A stretch of DNA of 28,885 bases from a virus (lineage: Duplodnaviria > Caudoviricetes): IMG/VR virus record IMGVR_UViG_3300042318_000924, positions 1 through 28,885 of that record, one strand, 5' to 3'. The position numbers were made by a program, and so were the translations under genes. This document shows, one piece after another, positions 25,004 through 28,885 of the stretch. A model generated the notes under the pieces. It made no database searches and was not told where the DNA came from. It saw only the letters and a list, made by a program, of their open reading frames with translations. Numbering within the stretch: position 1 is the stretch's first letter; each line of letters opens with the position of its first letter.

Positions 25004-27247
25004 ATGGCAAACTTACCCAAGCAAATATTTCCGTGGGGATTGCATCCACTCGACGGTTGGATCAAAAACGAGCTTGACAGAAGAACTCGCGAGTATGGGT
25101 CCAATCCAGAAGGAAAACCATACAGCGGTCCAAAGACCGCGTGGGTACGAGTATTTTCTAATGGTATATCATCTATGGCAGATGCGGGGCAAGAAGGCTT
25201 TGTGATGGGAGGAACCGAGGGATTTGATGAAAGTTATGGATTTTCTCCGGACGGATATATAACCATCGGAGTTGATGCTTATGGAAAGCCACATCAATTG
25301 GGAACAATGACGGGTGAAGCTGTTGTGGATGGTAGATCCAAACTCTTTTCAGATTTTCCACACCGTCCACCCCCAAGTATTGTTTCAATAGATACTGAAT
25401 TTTCCGGTGGTGCAAATGGTGGATTTAATGCATTGTGTCGCAAAACAAAGATAACATGGAAATGTTATTCATTGTCACAACTTGAATATCTTACTCCGTA
25501 TTTTCTTACACCTCGAATTACTTGTTTGGTGGAATGGGGATGGAACCATTATGATACAATTTCTTTGGTTGACTTGACAGACACAAAATGGTTGTATGGA
25601 ATTTTTGAAGGAACGCCGGAATACACAACGGATTGGGTTGAAGCTTCCAACGGAAATTATGATTTGGCTATGGGGTTTATAACAGATTATGGATATTCAA
25701 TCAATGAATTTGGAGGATATGATTGTTCTACAACAATAACAAATGCAAATTATTTGGTTGAAGGACAATCATACCAAAATAAACAGGCTTCACAAACAGA
25801 TCCAAAAGACAAAAAGAAAACTATTCAATTAAAAGATTTTACCGAGTTTGCTTTCAGTGGTGATATGGAAAATATGACTATACAGGATAAACCTGACAAA
25901 AAAACAGATGTGGCCAAAAAATTAAACATAAAAACTGAAGGTAGAGTGTTTAAGTATGAAAAAGACGCTTGGATGAGAATGGATCTGGTTGCTGACATAA
26001 TAAACACGTTCTTCTCTATAAAGTTTATTGATAAAGACGGAAATGATACCAATGTCGGCGCGTCAAGGTTTGATGTGAAAGATGTCACAATCTGTGCACA
26101 CCCTGCACTAAAATCTACCAACAAAAACATTCTGATTCCAAATCAATTTGCTCCCAGGTTTGTAACTAAAGACCCAAAAGCAACCCAAGGAAAAAGTCTT
26201 GCAGATGCATCGACGCAGTCCGGTAATTATTACACGTTGTTTCCGGATATTAAAAACGTAATAGATAAATTTGAATTTGACGGATCATATGATGATATAC
26301 AATCCGTCATAAACAAAAACGGGAATTCTTTTCCGGTATATAGCATATATCCAAGTTTAGATGGAACCGGTCCAACGTCTGGATATTGGGGATATCTGGA
26401 CGATATATATATTTCTGTAGATTTTTTTAAATCACTTGTTAAGAAAAATGAAACTATACTGAAATTGGTAGAAGAATTGTTGCAGCATATATCCGAAGCA
26501 ATGTGTAATATTTGCCAATTGCAATGCAGACCCGTTGAAAGAAATGGAACGGTATACACGGTTATAGATTCCAATTTTAGTCCAATCAACACGGTAAAAG
26601 ATGCCAAAAGTTTATTGACAATATCAATTGGGTCGGTAAATTCCGCGTTCATGAAATCGGCAGAATTTTCTGTAAAGTTGAGCGGCGAAATGTCCAATCA
26701 AATGGTCATGCAGAGCGCAAGTGGAAAAGATCTACCGGTAGAATATGGCACCGCAAACTATGATGCAAAGACGATGGAAATAAGTAAGTTCTCTCGCGGA
26801 GACAGATTGTTTGATAGAGGCGTCATTCCGCCAGACAAAACAACCCCGTCAAATAATACCAAGGATAATAGCCAAACTAAGCTTAAACGAATGTTCAAAT
26901 CTGAAAACAATAAAGAATTTTATGTTTATACAGCACCGGACAAAAAAACAGTTCATATTTTGGCTGAAAATGGACCAAGTTTCTTGAAGTCTGTTTTGTT
27001 GAATACAAAAGACAAACGATCTGTTTATACCAACAACGGATTGATGCCAGGTACCAATTTCACTATGGAATTATTGGGTATTGGTGGAATTACAGCACTT
27101 TCTCAATTTACACTTGACCATGTACCAAGTTCATATAATTATGAAAGATGCGTATGGCAAGTTTCGGATGTGAAGCAGAAAGTTGAAAATAAAGTATGGA
27201 CCACATCTGTTACTGCACAAGCAAGACCACTAACATCAATTGAATAA
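25004..27247 (+). CDS. Putative baseplate hub protein (747 aa)
   Basis: Synteny after the LysM gene. N-terminal RPPPSIVSIDTEF...KITWKCYS...LVEWGW and C-terminal MELLGIGGI...WQVSDVKQKVENKVWTTSVTA resemble gp27/gpD-type hubs. Confidence 0.6.
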   Translation: MANLPKQIFPWGLHPLDGWIKNELDRRTREYGSNPEGKPYSGPKTAWVRVFSNGISSMADAGQEGFVMGGTEGFDESYGFSPDGYITIGVDAYGKPHQLGTMTGEAVVDGRSKLFSDFPHRPPPSIVSIDTEFSGGANGGFNALCRKTKITWKCYSLSQLEYLTPYFLTPRITCLVEWGWNHYDTISLVDLTDTKWLYGIFEGTPEYTTDWVEASNGNYDLAMGFITDYGYSINEFGGYDCSTTITNANYLVEGQSYQNKQASQTDPKDKKKTIQLKDFTEFAFSGDMENMTIQDKPDKKTDVAKKLNIKTEGRVFKYEKDAWMRMDLVADIINTFFSIKFIDKDGNDTNVGASRFDVKDVTICAHPALKSTNKNILIPNQFAPRFVTKDPKATQGKSLADASTQSGNYYTLFPDIKNVIDKFEFDGSYDDIQSVINKNGNSFPVYSIYPSLDGTGPTSGYWGYLDDIYISVDFFKSLVKKNETILKLVEELLQHISEAMCNICQLQCRPVERNGTVYTVIDSNFSPINTVKDAKSLLTISIGSVNSAFMKSAEFSVKLSGEMSNQMVMQSASGKDLPVEYGTANYDAKTMEISKFSRGDRLFDRGVIPPDKTTPSNNTKDNSQTKLKRMFKSENNKEFYVYTAPDKKTVHILAENGPSFLKSVLLNTKDKRSVYTNNGLMPGTNFTMELLGIGGITALSQFTLDHVPSSYNYERCVWQVSDVKQKVENKVWTTSVTAQARPLTSIE

Positions 27248-27250
27248 TAT

Positions 27251-27637
27251 ATGAAATATAATGATGATATAACATCGCAATATGGTAAATTTAGTGAAAT
27301 ATCCACAGGGGAATCTCCATTGCCATTTAAGCCAACACCATCTTCAAGAAATTACACAAACGGAAATTTCACCAGAGCATTTGCAAAGAAAATAAACGAC
27401 AATGTTCTTGTTGAAATAAAAAGCGAACAAGCAAACAAAATAAATCAAGATTTATATAAAGTGGTATATATAAATTGGGTGATTATTGGACCAAGAGAAA
27501 ATCGCAACATCAATGGTGTGATTGATCCGGGTGTTTCTGACTTGAATCGTTTTGAAATTGAACGAGTACAAAAAGAAGTTGGCATTGACTTAAAAAAATT
27601 ATTGCCCAACCTTTTGGAATATTGGCAGGGCCATTGA
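27251..27637 (+). CDS. Hypothetical protein (128 aa)
   Basis: Clean ORF 3 nt after the hub gene. P.P....Y..G.F.R.F and W.I.GP pattern. Confidence 0.75.
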   Translation: MKYNDDITSQYGKFSEISTGESPLPFKPTPSSRNYTNGNFTRAFAKKINDNVLVEIKSEQANKINQDLYKVVYINWVIIGPRENRNINGVIDPGVSDLNRFEIERVQKEVGIDLKKLLPNLLEYWQGH

Positions 27638-27644
27638 TATCTGG

Positions 27645-27673
27645 TTGACAAAAGCACAAATTTCATTCAACGT
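27645..27673 (+). promoter_or_regulatory. Putative sigma70-like promoter for a leaderless polymerase mRNA
   Basis: TTGACA-17 nt-CAACGT-6 nt-GTG. Perfect -35, weak -10. Confidence 0.4.
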
Positions 27674-27679
27674 GAATAT

Positions 27680-28885
27680 GTGCAAATTGTAGAAACAGAT
27701 TTTGAATTGCAACTATTGTTGTCTCATATCACATCAGATATTATGGTGATAGATGCAGTGTGTATGGACGCAGAAAAGCATATTGCAAACAATCAAGTTA
27801 GTGTTTTGTTCTTTTACTTTTTGGTATCAAAATCATATTGGTGCGTGCCAATCAAACACAATGAAGGCTCGACGCCGCCAGAATCTTTGTATAAAATCAA
27901 AGAAGCATTGAAAATCAGTATTCGCAACAAGTTTGTTATAGACAAAAAGAATATGGTGCAATTGATGGGCAAAGATTATGATTTTGTGGATGTTAATTTG
28001 ATAAAGTATTTGAGCGACGGTAAAATTGATGATGTTGATTATAGCACAAATGCTCACAAGTTTGTTGAAAATAATTTCAGAAATGTACCAGATGTAAACA
28101 TGTGTGTGCCATTGCTAAAGCATGCTCGCTCGTTCATGGAAAAAATAAAAGGTATTGATGAACTAGACACAAGTATTATAAAAGAAGATGGATTTAAGTT
28201 TGTAAACAATACCACCACAAACTGTTTTGCAGAACTTGAAGCCAATGGCATATGCGTGAATGAGGATTTTACTGAAGAATTTGGTAATGAACAAACCAAG
28301 CATGTAAAAAACAATCTGGTATATACACAATATAACTTGTTGACTTCAACAGGCAGACCAAGCAATAGATTTGCAAGTGTAAATTATGCTGCTTTAAATA
28401 AAAGCGATGATAGCAGAACATGTTTTGTTAGCAGACATGGCAATGATGGTATGCTTGTTATGATGGATTATAATGCTTTTCATCCTCGTCTTATTGCTCA
28501 TTTGGTCAATTTTCATATGGAAACAAACGAAAATCCATATGCTTATCTATCCAAGTATTATTTTAATAAGAAAGCGGCAAATGAAGAAGATATTGCAGTA
28601 GCCAAAGCATATACCTTTCCACAGATTTATGGAGGGTTTGATAAGAAATGGCTACACATACCATACTTTGCCAAGATTCAAGAGTATATTGACCATAGAT
28701 GGAAGTTCTATAATGAGAATGGATATATTGAAACTCCCAAATATAAAAGAAAAATCAAGACTTGTCATATTCCACAAGCCAATCCAAGCAAATTGTTTAA
28801 TTATATATTACAAGCATTTGAAACCGAGATGGCAGTTGATGTTTTAGGTGATCTATTAGAGTACCTAAAAAACAAGAAAAGTAAG
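27680..28885 (+). CDS. polA: Divergent family A DNA polymerase (3'-truncated by the window)
   Basis: Own translation of frame +2 from GTG 27680, open to the window end: LEANGICV, YNLLTSTGRPS, motif A MDYNAFHPRLIAHL, motif B AKAYTFPQIYGG, FNYILQAFETE. Motif C lies beyond the window. Confidence 0.85.
   Translation, partial: MQIVETDFELQLLLSHITSDIMVIDAVCMDAEKHIANNQVSVLFFYFLVSKSYWCVPIKHNEGSTPPESLYKIKEALKISIRNKFVIDKKNMVQLMGKDYDFVDVNLIKYLSDGKIDDVDYSTNAHKFVENNFRNVPDVNMCVPLLKHARSFMEKIKGIDELDTSIIKEDGFKFVNNTTTNCFAELEANGICVNEDFTEEFGNEQTKHVKNNLVYTQYNLLTSTGRPSNRFASVNYAALNKSDDSRTCFVSRHGNDGMLVMMDYNAFHPRLIAHLVNFHMETNENPYAYLSKYYFNKKAANEEDIAVAKAYTFPQIYGGFDKKWLHIPYFAKIQEYIDHRWKFYNENGYIETPKYKRKIKTCHIPQANPSKLFNYILQAFETEMAVDVLGDLLEYLKNKKSK

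Noticed and set aside
27635-27680. TGA readthrough or stop-codon reassignment fusing the 128-aa gene to polA (same frame, single TGA)
   Set aside because: TGA ends several genes at natural C-termini (tube, ATGA-coupled pairs), and the gap contains a promoter-like TTGACA. The standard code fits.

Overview
Late/structural region of a large AT-rich contractile-tailed dsDNA phage with distant T4-like tail modules. Order: the 3' part of a proline-poor (Gly-X-Y)n tail-fibre gene ending in a peptidase-S74 chaperone (the real frame is +2, not the 15..1193 ORF in the track), small fibre-associated genes, a Gly-rich adhesin and the tail sheath. A ~4.6 kb accessory block follows (Vsr/PD-(D/E)XK-like endonuclease, HAD phosphatase plus nucleotidyltransferase, secreted EF-hand peptide, second HAD, Hef-like endonuclease). 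Then come the tail tube, a second Hef-like endonuclease, a cluster of proteins sharing an MKKSELK-type leader, a lipoprotein/coiled-coil/TM protein, two paralogous gp26-like tail-assembly genes, tape measure, baseplate genes, and a divergent family A DNA polymerase running off the right end (absent from the ORF track). Best leads: (1) a G/GT chaperone pair apparently made by gene duplication rather than frameshifting; (2) a repeated leader motif suggesting capsid-targeted, protease-processed cargo; (3) a thumb-reduced PolA with His at the steric-gate position; (4) endonucleases fused to a Mom/GNAT-like domain flanking the tube gene, one behind a hairpin that has the late-promoter motif in its loop; (5) a candidate coiled-coil unimolecular spanin. 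All family assignments are from motif recognition by eye; no database searches were run.
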